Source: a bacterium (GTDB lineage: Bacteria > Hydrothermota > 32-111). Taken from it: a stretch of DNA of 27,076 nucleotides. How positions within the stretch are numbered: the stretch's first letter is position 1; each line of letters starts with the position of its first letter. The notes under the pieces were generated by a model that was not told where the DNA came from, ran no database searches, and worked only from the letters and a program-made list of their open reading frames with translations. Of this stretch, positions 9,628-18,076 are shown one piece after another. A program made the translations under genes and the position numbers. Where the stretch lies: positions 1 through 27,076 of the forward strand of contig JAWOBN010000056.1 of NCBI GenBank assembly GCA_046484245.1. The letters are read 5' to 3'.

Positions 9628-12600
9628 ATGTTTTTCAGAAAGAATTCTGATGATAAAAACAAGAAGAAGAATGAAGACAAGAAGAAGAATGAAGACAAGA
9701 AGAAAAAGATTGTCAAGAAGAAGAGAAGGAAGAAAGTCAGAATAAAGAAAGACAAGGATAAGGGCAGTAATTCAAAGAAGGATAAGCTGAAAGCATTAAG
9801 GGGTATTGTGGAAGATGCGGAAAAGGAAGAGAAACCAGCCACCAGCGACCAGCAACCAGTTACTAATGAAGAAGATGATATTGCAGGCGACCTGACGGAT
9901 ATGCTGGATATTATGGAAGATGAAACGTACAATGTACAAGGTACAACGTACAACGAAGAAGAACCAGCTACCAGCGACCAGACACCAGCTACCGATAATG
10001 AGTTACAAGATACAAGTTCCAAGATGCAAGAAACAGAGACACGAGACACGAGACGCGAGACTCGAGACGAGGAAGAAGTAGCAAGTAGCAAGGAACAAGT
10101 AGCAAGTGAGGGAAAGAACGAAGTAGCAAGTAGCAAGGAACAAGTAGCAAGTGAGGGAGAAGAGACAGAAAAAGAAACGGATGACGCAAAACGCATGACG
10201 CAAGACGAACAAGAACCACCAGCCACCAGCGACCAGAAACCAGAAACCAGTGATGAGGATGATCTTGCAGGCGACCTGACGGATATGCTGGATATTATGG
10301 AAGATGAAACGTACAATGTACAACGTACAACGTACAACGAAGAAGAACCAGCTACCAGCGACCAGACACCAGCTACCGATAATGAGTTACAAGATACAAG
10401 TTCCAAGTTACAAGAAACAGAGACACGAGACACGGGACGCGAGACTCGAGACGAGAAAGAAGTAACAAGGGATGAAGATAACGAAGTAACAAGTAGCAAG
10501 GAACAAGTAGCAAGTGAGGACGAGAAAGAAGTAGCAAGTGAAGAAGATACGGAAAACGGAAAACGGAAAACGGAAAACGAAGAGGAACCAGTCACCAGCG
10601 ACCAGAAACCAGAAACCAGTGACGAGGAATACGGGAAAGAGAAGCTGGATGAAAAGGTATCCCGGAAAGAGGATGAACTCAATAAACTCCTTATGAATAT
10701 AATGGAGAAGACACAGGAAGAGAGCAAGATCAAGTCAAAGATATCAGAGCATAACAGGGAGCTCTCAAAGATAACTGACAGTATTGAAAAGACGAAGGAG
10801 GAGCTGGATGAGATCAGGGAGGAGTATGACAAAATTAAGAATGATCTGGATTCAGCAAGGAAACAGAAATCCCAGAAGCTATCTGATATTGACAAGGATA
10901 TAAGGGATAAGAGTAAAGAGATTGAGGCAATGAAAGGTGAAGAAGAGAAGTGCAGGAAGATCATTGAGGAACTGAAGACAGAAGAAGAGACAATGAGTGA
11001 AATCCTTCATGAACTGGAGTCAAAGAGCAAGGCAGCTGAAGAGGAGATGGAAGCATTGACCGGCAAGATTGATGAGAAGAGAGAATTGCTGGAAAAAGAA
11101 AAGGAGAATATACACGAGATAGAGGAAGAAAAAGGGAAACTGCTTGAAGAAGTCAATGAAATTGAATCAAAGAAGAAAAAACTTATCAAAGAGAATAAAG
11201 ATATTGAAAAAACAGCAGAGAAACTGGATAAGGAGCTCAAGAAGAAGAATAATGACCTGGAGAATGTCAGATCAGCTATAGAGGATAAGAAGAAAACACT
11301 GGACAATCTTGAACAGGGCATGGGGCATGCACTCAATGAAGAGGTTGACCTTTCAGAGGAAATCAATGATTTGAAGAGGCAGATAAAGAGCAGCAGGAAA
11401 GAAAGCAAGGAACTTGAATCACAGGTCAGTAAACTGAAAGCGGAGATCAAAGAGAAGGAAAACAGGACTGAGGAATTGAACAAGCGCGTAGAGGAGCTTG
11501 CAAAGGAGGAGAAGGAGAAGAGCAAGGCAGTTGATGAGCTCCGTAAAGAGGAGAAGAAAGGCAAAGAAAAGATTGCTGATATAAGAAAGGATATTGAATT
11601 AAAAGAAAAGGAACTTACAGACCTGCAGTCACAGATTGCAGACAATAAGAAAGAGCTTGATTCAATGAATGAAAGTATTACCGGTATGAAGGAGGAAAAG
11701 ACTTCTCTTGCCCGGAGTATTGATGAGAAGAAGGAAGAAATGAATGATATCAGTGATAAGTTCGGGAAAATCAAGAATGAATATCAGGAGAAAACAGCTG
11801 AGATTGAAGAATTTGAAGAGAAGAGGAAGAATCTCACAAATGAGATGGAGCAATTGCAGGAAGAGAAGGACTCAATTATAAAGGAACTGGATGATCTCAG
11901 GGAAGAGAGAGAGGATATAGGAAAAAGACTGAAGGAAGACCAGGATGAACTGGACAGTCTGAAAGCCAATGCAGAAATGATACTTGAGCATTTTAATGGC
12001 AAGGAGCAGGAGAGGAAAGAGCTTGTAAAGGAAATAGAGAGAAAGAAGAAGGAACTGGAGAAAATCAATGAGGAGACAGTTGATTATGCAGTAAAGAAAG
12101 AAACTGAGGAAAAGGAACTCCTTGAAAGGGTTGAAGAAGCGGAGAACAAACTGGAAGAAAAAGAGACTGAATTGAAGATAACAGAAGAAGAGATAGCGGA
12201 ATCCCAGGAAAAACTGGACAGTATTTACAAACAGATTGAAGAATTGGAGAAGAGGAAGAATAATCTGGATGAAGAAATCCAAAACCGTATGCAGCGTGTT
12301 TCTCAGGAAGTTGAGCAGATGGAAGAGGAGGAGAGGAAATTTGAAGAGCTGAGAGATAAGCTGAAAGCAGAGATTGACAATCTCAAAGAGGAGAAAAAGG
12401 AGTTGCAACAGTGGTTTGAAGACAAGGAGAAGGATGCTGTTGATACAGGTAACAGAATTGAAGAGAAGAAATCAGAGTTGGATGCAATTGAAAAAGAACT
12501 GGCTATGAAGCAGAATGAGCTGGAAACAGTTTCGCAATCTCAGAATGAGATATCCGGTGAGGTCAACAAACTTAAAGAATTGAGAGTGAATCTTGATAAT

Positions 12601-13890
12601 GAAATTGAGGATAAGAAGTCATTGCTTGGTGATTATCAGGAGAAGATAAAGAAAATAGAAACGGATTTCCCCAATATTCAGGAGTATAAGATAAGGGAGG
12701 ACGATTCACCGAGAATCATTGAGGCAAAGAAGAATATCAATCAATTGCTGAAGATAAAGAGGAAACTGGATGAGATTATCTCAATGCGTAAAACACAGGA
12801 GAGGAAACTCGCTGCTGTAGTTGGTCTGGAGAAAATTGAGAATATAAAAGAGAGAATGGATAATGAACTCTCTGAAAGGGAGCAGTCCCTTATCTCCATA
12901 AAATCACAGTATAATAATATTTTACAGGAAATGCAGGGTAAGAAAGAGGAACTGGCCAATCTGACAAACAAGAGGCAGAAACTGCAAGACGGACTGGTGG
13001 ATGATCAGCTGAAATACGAGAAACAGAGGAAAGAACTAACTGAAACCACTCAGAAACTCGTCAAGATAAAGAATATTGAAAAGCAGCTCAATGGTCAGAA
13101 AGAGGCATTGTCAAGTGAAGTGGATGAACTTGAAAAGAAAAAAAGCGACTACGAGGAACAGCTGAAGCATCTGCAGGATGAGATTGAGCAGAAGAGAGAA
13201 GATGTATCTCAGTACAGAGGCAAAGCAGAGGATATTGCCTCAATGAAAGAGGAAATTGAAAAAGACACAAGAGAGCAGTTCTCTGCTCAGATTGATGAAC
13301 TGCAGAAAAAAACAGAAATACTGGAAGAGAAAAACAGTGAAATGAAGGGCAGAATAGAGGAACTCAAATCGGATATTGCTGAAAAAGAGAAAATTGCAGA
13401 GAAAACAAGTATACTGGAAGAGGAAAACAGTAAACTGAAGGGCAGAATAGAGGAACTTAAATCGGATATTGCCTCAAAAGAGGGAATAGTAGAAGAAACA
13501 AGAGCTTCAATGGAAGATATGAAGAAACAGGCAGAGGAAAGAAGCACGAGCCGGAGCCCGGAGGAAGAAACTGTTGAAAAGCCGGCTGAACAAACTCCGG
13601 ATGAATACATGGAAATGCCGCCTGAGATCATTGAAGAGAGACCTGACAGTATTGAAACACCTGAAGAACCGCTGAAAGCAGTTGATGAGGCATCCGGGGA
13701 GCAGGGAAGAGATATGCCAAGAGAGGATATCATAAAACCTGTTGAGGAGAAGGGTGTTGCCGGAGAGGATGAAGAGGCTGATTATTCACCTGAAGAAATT
13801 GAACCTGTAAGAGAAAACAAGAAAACAGATAGAGAAGAATCCGATATTGAAGATGAGAGTGATGTATCGGATGAAATAATGTTCGGTTAA
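9628..13890 (+). CDS. 1420-aa Lys/Glu-rich protein: basic N-terminus, acidic repeat region, ~950-aa predicted coiled coil, acidic Pro-containing tail
   Basis: 4.26-kb open frame with SD-like AAGGGGG and heptad-like L/I periodicity. No Walker A/B motifs, TM segment or signal peptide seen. Confidence 0.85.
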   Translation: MFFRKNSDDKNKKKNEDKKKNEDKKKKIVKKKRRKKVRIKKDKDKGSNSKKDKLKALRGIVEDAEKEEKPATSDQQPVTNEEDDIAGDLTDMLDIMEDETYNVQGTTYNEEEPATSDQTPATDNELQDTSSKMQETETRDTRRETRDEEEVASSKEQVASEGKNEVASSKEQVASEGEETEKETDDAKRMTQDEQEPPATSDQKPETSDEDDLAGDLTDMLDIMEDETYNVQRTTYNEEEPATSDQTPATDNELQDTSSKLQETETRDTGRETRDEKEVTRDEDNEVTSSKEQVASEDEKEVASEEDTENGKRKTENEEEPVTSDQKPETSDEEYGKEKLDEKVSRKEDELNKLLMNIMEKTQEESKIKSKISEHNRELSKITDSIEKTKEELDEIREEYDKIKNDLDSARKQKSQKLSDIDKDIRDKSKEIEAMKGEEEKCRKIIEELKTEEETMSEILHELESKSKAAEEEMEALTGKIDEKRELLEKEKENIHEIEEEKGKLLEEVNEIESKKKKLIKENKDIEKTAEKLDKELKKKNNDLENVRSAIEDKKKTLDNLEQGMGHALNEEVDLSEEINDLKRQIKSSRKESKELESQVSKLKAEIKEKENRTEELNKRVEELAKEEKEKSKAVDELRKEEKKGKEKIADIRKDIELKEKELTDLQSQIADNKKELDSMNESITGMKEEKTSLARSIDEKKEEMNDISDKFGKIKNEYQEKTAEIEEFEEKRKNLTNEMEQLQEEKDSIIKELDDLREEREDIGKRLKEDQDELDSLKANAEMILEHFNGKEQERKELVKEIERKKKELEKINEETVDYAVKKETEEKELLERVEEAENKLEEKETELKITEEEIAESQEKLDSIYKQIEELEKRKNNLDEEIQNRMQRVSQEVEQMEEEERKFEELRDKLKAEIDNLKEEKKELQQWFEDKEKDAVDTGNRIEEKKSELDAIEKELAMKQNELETVSQSQNEISGEVNKLKELRVNLDNEIEDKKSLLGDYQEKIKKIETDFPNIQEYKIREDDSPRIIEAKKNINQLLKIKRKLDEIISMRKTQERKLAAVVGLEKIENIKERMDNELSEREQSLISIKSQYNNILQEMQGKKEELANLTNKRQKLQDGLVDDQLKYEKQRKELTETTQKLVKIKNIEKQLNGQKEALSSEVDELEKKKSDYEEQLKHLQDEIEQKREDVSQYRGKAEDIASMKEEIEKDTREQFSAQIDELQKKTEILEEKNSEMKGRIEELKSDIAEKEKIAEKTSILEEENSKLKGRIEELKSDIASKEGIVEETRASMEDMKKQAEERSTSRSPEEETVEKPAEQTPDEYMEMPPEIIEERPDSIETPEEPLKAVDEASGEQGRDMPREDIIKPVEEKGVAGEDEEADYSPEEIEPVRENKKTDREESDIEDESDVSDEIMFG
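9659..9708 (+). repeat. 18-bp tandem repeat, ~2.7 copies (DKKKNE)
   Basis: ACAAGAAGAAGAATGAAG at 9659 and 9677, partial copy at 9695. Confidence 0.85.
9834..10621 (+). repeat. Mosaic of 7-bp tandem-repeat blocks nested in a 384-bp tandem duplication
   Basis: Block starts: ACCAGNN (9834, 9963, 10218, 10347, 10587); AANGTAC (9924, 10308); AGWWNCA (10001, 10385); GAGACNC (10036, 10420); AAGTAGC (10076, 10121, 10484); ATGACGC-type (10181); ACGGAAA (10549). GCAGGCGACCTGACGGAT occurs at 9883 and 10267 (offset 384). Confidence 0.93.
13309..13482 (+). repeat. 93-bp (31-aa) in-frame tandem duplication
   Basis: ATACTGGAAGAG...GAAGGGCAGAATAGAGGAACTYAAATCGGATATTGC at 13318 and 13411. Confidence 0.9.
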
Positions 13891-14529
13891 ATGAATTATT
13901 GTATTGTACCTGCAAGAAAGGATTCAAAGAGGCTGGCCGGGAAGAATCTCAGGCGTATAAGAGGCCGCACACTGATTGATATTGCCTTGAGCAGGGCTTT
14001 GTCATCCTCAATCTTTGACAGAGTGATACTGACTGCCAATATACCTGAAATGCTCCTCAAGTATAAATATCACGACAGTATAGCCATACATGAGAGAAAC
14101 AAGTCCCTATGCAGTGACGCGTCACAATCCTCTGAGTTTGTGCGTGACATTATTGACAGTTTCAAACTGCAGGGTGAGGACACAATATTCATAATGCAGC
14201 CCACATCACCCCTAAGAAGGGTAGTTGATATAACAAATGCAATGAAACAGTACAATAGGGTCAATATGCCTGTTGTGTCACTGAGTAAAGCAGGTGAGAG
14301 CTCAAAGATGTTTTCAATTGAAGAGGACAATACTCCTGTAAGCACAGGCCGGGATATATATATTCAGGATGGAGCTGTATATATTTTCTCCGTGAATATG
14401 TTCAATAAACACGGTATGATACCCCGGGAGGGCTTTTCCCCCTATATAATGGAGTATCCCTTCAATATTGATATTGATGATTACAGGGATTTGCTGTTGA
14501 GCAGAATATTCTCGGGAGATTTGACTTGA
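13891..14529 (+). CDS. Acylneuraminate/nonulosonate cytidylyltransferase family (NeuA/PseF-like)
   Basis: 'IVPARKDSKRLAGKN', 'QPTSPLR', 'DGAVYIF', 'IDIDD'. ATG directly follows the upstream TAA. Confidence 0.85.
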   Translation: MNYCIVPARKDSKRLAGKNLRRIRGRTLIDIALSRALSSSIFDRVILTANIPEMLLKYKYHDSIAIHERNKSLCSDASQSSEFVRDIIDSFKLQGEDTIFIMQPTSPLRRVVDITNAMKQYNRVNMPVVSLSKAGESSKMFSIEEDNTPVSTGRDIYIQDGAVYIFSVNMFNKHGMIPREGFSPYIMEYPFNIDIDDYRDLLLSRIFSGDLT

Positions 14530-14553
14530 AAATAATTATGCAAATCATATAAT
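14526..14553 (+). promoter_or_regulatory. Sigma70-type promoter of the polysaccharide operon
   Basis: TTGAAA (14526-14531), 16 bp, TATAAT (14548-14553). Leader carries GGAG before ATG 14581. Confidence 0.7.
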
Positions 14554-14580
14554 AAAAAATCAATTAAAAATGGAGATTGA

Positions 14581-15882
14581 ATGAACAGTATGATTGAGAA
14601 AATAAAGAATAAAGAAGCAGTTATATCAGTTATTGGACTGGGTTATGTGGGCCTGCCCCTTGCAGTGGAATTTGCAAAAGCAGGATACAGTGTGAAGGGG
14701 ATTGATCTTATGGAAGAGAAGGTCAAAAAACTGAATAATAATGAATCATATGTGCTGGATGTAGCTTCAGAGGATATAGCTGATATAAGAGCCAGAGGGC
14801 TTTTTACAGCAGGGAGTGATTATTCTGTAATAGCAGAAGCTGACGCAGTCCTTATTGCAGTTCCCACACCACTGAGAAAGAGCAAGGATCCCGATACCTC
14901 CTATATCACGGATGCCATGGATAAAATGAGTGAATACATTCACAATAATATGCTTATTGTTCTGGAATCAACCACCTATCCCGGTACAACAAATGAGCTG
15001 ATAGTGGAATTTGTAAAGGAAAGAGGATTTGAACCGGGCAAGGATGTATATGCGGCATTTTCACCTGAACGCGTTGACCCGGGGAACAAGCATTATCAGA
15101 CACATAATACACCGAAGGTTGTGGGCGGATACACGGAAATTGATGCCAGGATTGCAGCAGACCTGTATGACTCTGTTATTGAAACAGTGGTAAAGGTCAA
15201 TAATCTTGAAGAGGCGGAGATGGTCAAACTCCTTGAAAATACCTTCCGGGCAGTTAATATCGGTCTTGTCAATGAACTTGCTATAATGTGCCACAGAATG
15301 GATATTGACATATGGAATGTCATCAATGCTGCAAGCACGAAACCATTCGGCTTTATGCCATTCTATCCCGGACCCGGCATAGGCGGGCATTGCATACCCC
15401 TTGACCCGATGTATCTTTCATGGAAGGCAAAGATGTATGATTATTACAATAGATTTATTGAACTGTCATCTGATGTTAATTCCAATATGCCGCGTTTTGT
15501 TGTCGGTAAGATAGGGGAGATACTCAATAAGAGAAAAAAGGCTGTCAATGGCTCCAGGATTCTGCTTTTGGGCATGGCTTACAAGAAGGACATAGATGAC
15601 CTGCGCGAATCACCGGGACTGGAAATATACAAGATTCTGGAATTTGAAGGCGCATCCGTGGATTTCACTGATCCGATGGTGGAGAGCTTTATTGACAATG
15701 AAAACAATGAGATATTCTCTCAGGAGATAGATAAGGATAATATTGGCTCATATGATGTTGTTGTACTGCTTACAAACCACAGTGATTTTGATTACAGCTG
15801 GTATGCAGATAATGCGAATATTATATTTGATACAAGGAATGGATTCAATGGCATTGAATCAGATAAAATAGTAAAACTATAA
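14581..15882 (+). CDS. wbpA: UDP-N-acetylhexosamine 6-dehydrogenase (WbpA/WecC family)
   Basis: 'GLGYVGLPLA', 'VPTP', 'ESTTYPGTT', 'FSPERVDPGN', 'KLLENTFRAVNI', 'GPGIGGHCIPLDP', 'DLRESP'. Confidence 0.88.
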   Translation: MNSMIEKIKNKEAVISVIGLGYVGLPLAVEFAKAGYSVKGIDLMEEKVKKLNNNESYVLDVASEDIADIRARGLFTAGSDYSVIAEADAVLIAVPTPLRKSKDPDTSYITDAMDKMSEYIHNNMLIVLESTTYPGTTNELIVEFVKERGFEPGKDVYAAFSPERVDPGNKHYQTHNTPKVVGGYTEIDARIAADLYDSVIETVVKVNNLEEAEMVKLLENTFRAVNIGLVNELAIMCHRMDIDIWNVINAASTKPFGFMPFYPGPGIGGHCIPLDPMYLSWKAKMYDYYNRFIELSSDVNSNMPRFVVGKIGEILNKRKKAVNGSRILLLGMAYKKDIDDLRESPGLEIYKILEFEGASVDFTDPMVESFIDNENNEIFSQEIDKDNIGSYDVVVLLTNHSDFDYSWYADNANIIFDTRNGFNGIESDKIVKL

Positions 15883-15892
15883 GGAGCATAAG

Positions 15893-18076
15893 ATGAATGA
15901 TAATTATCAAAATGATCAGGGTAATGAACTAAGGGAGTATTGGCAGACACTGCTTGCCAATAAATATCTCTTTGCAGGCATATTTATCATTATATTCATA
16001 TTTGTCGCTGTTGTAACGAAACTCCAGACACCCATTTATCAGGCGAGTTCAACTGTATTGATACAGCAGACAAGTTATGATGCGCAGATTATCACTATAT
16101 CCAATTTCACCCCGCGCAATACAATAATAAACAATCACATTGAAATGCTTAAATCCCGCTCCCTGTTGAAGAGGGTTGTTGAAGAAATAGAGAGTGACAA
16201 AACCCCCGATTCGCTTCATTTGAAAACAGCTGATATAAGCCGAGGCGCAAAGATGTCAAGGATAAGAGGCAATATGTCCATTGTCCCTGTAAAGGATACG
16301 GATATACTGACAGTATCCTTCAGATCGCAGTATCCGTTTGATGCTTATTATATTACAGGTGTTATAGCCAGGCAGTATTATCAGCTTAATCTGTCAATGA
16401 CAAGGGGAGAACTCAGTGAAGTGAGGATGTTCCTTGAACAGCAGACACAGAAGGTGGAAGAGGAGCTGCGGCAGACAGAAGAGAAACTGATGCAGTATAA
16501 AGAAGAAACAGGCATTATAGCCCTCTCTGAGGAGACCGGTGCTCTTGTCAATACCATATCAAAATTCCAGGAACAATATCAGGCAGCAAGGATTGAAGTG
16601 AATACACTGGAGAAACGTCTCAGTGTCCTTAACTCCAATTTGAATGATGCACAGAAAGCGCTTGCAGAGGGTATAGTCAATACATCCAGTCCTCTCACAT
16701 CCAAATTAATAGAATCAGTTGCAATGCTTGAGGCTGACAAGGCGCAGTATATTGCCCAGGGATATGAGACATCTCATCCGAAGATTGTTGAAATTGACAA
16801 GAAGATAGAGAATCTAAAGAATCAGCTGAAGGAAGAGTCCAAAAAATTCATTGTATCCGAGGCTGGTAATTATGCAGGTCTATTCTCTACTGAGATGATA
16901 TCCAAGATTATTGACTTGAGGACTGAAGTGGAGACAAAGAAGGAATTATTGTCAACATTGGAAAAAGTGATTGATAATTATGAAAGACAACTGGACAATA
17001 TACCTACCAAGGAACTGGACCTTGCCCGGTTAGAGAGAGACAAGCGTGTTTCTGAAGAACTCTATCTGCTTCTTAAAAACCAGTATGAAGAATACAGGAT
17101 TGCAGAAGCAGGCAAGCTCGGTTCAGTAAGGGTCATTGATGAACCGGTTATGTCCAGGACACCGATATTGCCAAAAACAAAGAGGAATCTTGTACTGGGA
17201 TTCTTCCTTGCACTTATTGTTGCAGGTGCAGTTGTTTTCCTGAAGGAATATTTTGATGATTCCATAAAGAAGATAGAGGACCTTGAGAAAATTGCAAAAG
17301 TGAAGGTCATTCAGAGTATCCCGAAAATCAGGATAAAGAACGGAGATCCTCAGATATCCGAACAGGACAAATACAGGCGTCATCTGGTGGATGATATGGC
17401 TGAGGGCAGTGCTGTTGTGGAGAGCTATAAAATGCTGGGCACGGATATCAAGTATCTCACTCAGGGCAAAGTAAAGAGTATCACTGTATCCTCATCAGTA
17501 AAGGGTGAGGGTAAATCAACAACTGTGCTGAATCTCGGCATTACACTGGGTAAACTGGATATGAAGGTGCTTATAGTTGACACTGACCTGAGGAGACCGG
17601 TGCTTGAAAAGACACTGGGTATTAATGAAAAGTCCGAGGGGCTCACTCAATTGCTCAAGGAGCAGGGTCAGACTGGTGATGTTGATATAGCAGAATATGT
17701 GCAGAAGACACGCTATGACAATGTGTCATTCCTCTCGCACGGCGAGATCACCATGAACTCAACGAACCTTCTTCAGTCACCGAGAATGGAAAAACTGATT
17801 AAGCTACTGGAGAATGAATTTGATTATGTCATATACGATACACCGCCTGTGCTTTCTGTTGCAGACAGCAGAGTCATTGCAAAGAATACAGACGGATTGC
17901 TCTGGGTTGTGCAGCATAAGAAAGCAAAGAAACATGATATAATGAATGCAAAGAAATTATTTGATGCAATGGAACTCAATATAATAGGTATTGTTGTCAA
18001 TAATGTGGATCCCAAGGGTGTTTACGGTGCATATTATTATTCATACTATTCACAGTATTACGGTAAGGAATCATAA
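15893..18076 (+). CDS. wzc: Polysaccharide co-polymerase / tyrosine autokinase (Wzc family)
   Basis: Two TM helices around a coiled-coil domain, Walker A 'GEGKST', 'VDTDLRRP', 'YDTPPV', and a C-terminal Tyr cluster 'YGAYYYSYYSQYYG'. Confidence 0.92.
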   Translation: MNDNYQNDQGNELREYWQTLLANKYLFAGIFIIIFIFVAVVTKLQTPIYQASSTVLIQQTSYDAQIITISNFTPRNTIINNHIEMLKSRSLLKRVVEEIESDKTPDSLHLKTADISRGAKMSRIRGNMSIVPVKDTDILTVSFRSQYPFDAYYITGVIARQYYQLNLSMTRGELSEVRMFLEQQTQKVEEELRQTEEKLMQYKEETGIIALSEETGALVNTISKFQEQYQAARIEVNTLEKRLSVLNSNLNDAQKALAEGIVNTSSPLTSKLIESVAMLEADKAQYIAQGYETSHPKIVEIDKKIENLKNQLKEESKKFIVSEAGNYAGLFSTEMISKIIDLRTEVETKKELLSTLEKVIDNYERQLDNIPTKELDLARLERDKRVSEELYLLLKNQYEEYRIAEAGKLGSVRVIDEPVMSRTPILPKTKRNLVLGFFLALIVAGAVVFLKEYFDDSIKKIEDLEKIAKVKVIQSIPKIRIKNGDPQISEQDKYRRHLVDDMAEGSAVVESYKMLGTDIKYLTQGKVKSITVSSSVKGEGKSTTVLNLGITLGKLDMKVLIVDTDLRRPVLEKTLGINEKSEGLTQLLKEQGQTGDVDIAEYVQKTRYDNVSFLSHGEITMNSTNLLQSPRMEKLIKLLENEFDYVIYDTPPVLSVADSRVIAKNTDGLLWVVQHKKAKKHDIMNAKKLFDAMELNIIGIVVNNVDPKGVYGAYYYSYYSQYYGKES

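Noticed and set aside
9834..10621. CRISPR array interpretation of the repeat region
   Set aside because: No constant repeat with unique spacers, no cas genes, and the region lies in an open reading frame.
9615..13733. Long minus-strand ORFs (449, 255, 178 and 148 aa) opposite the giant gene
   Set aside because: Ser/Phe/Leu-rich shadows of a purine-rich coding strand that rarely produces antisense stops; no protein-like features.
9628..13890. SMC/SbcC annotation
   Set aside because: No Walker A, signature, Walker B or hinge motifs.
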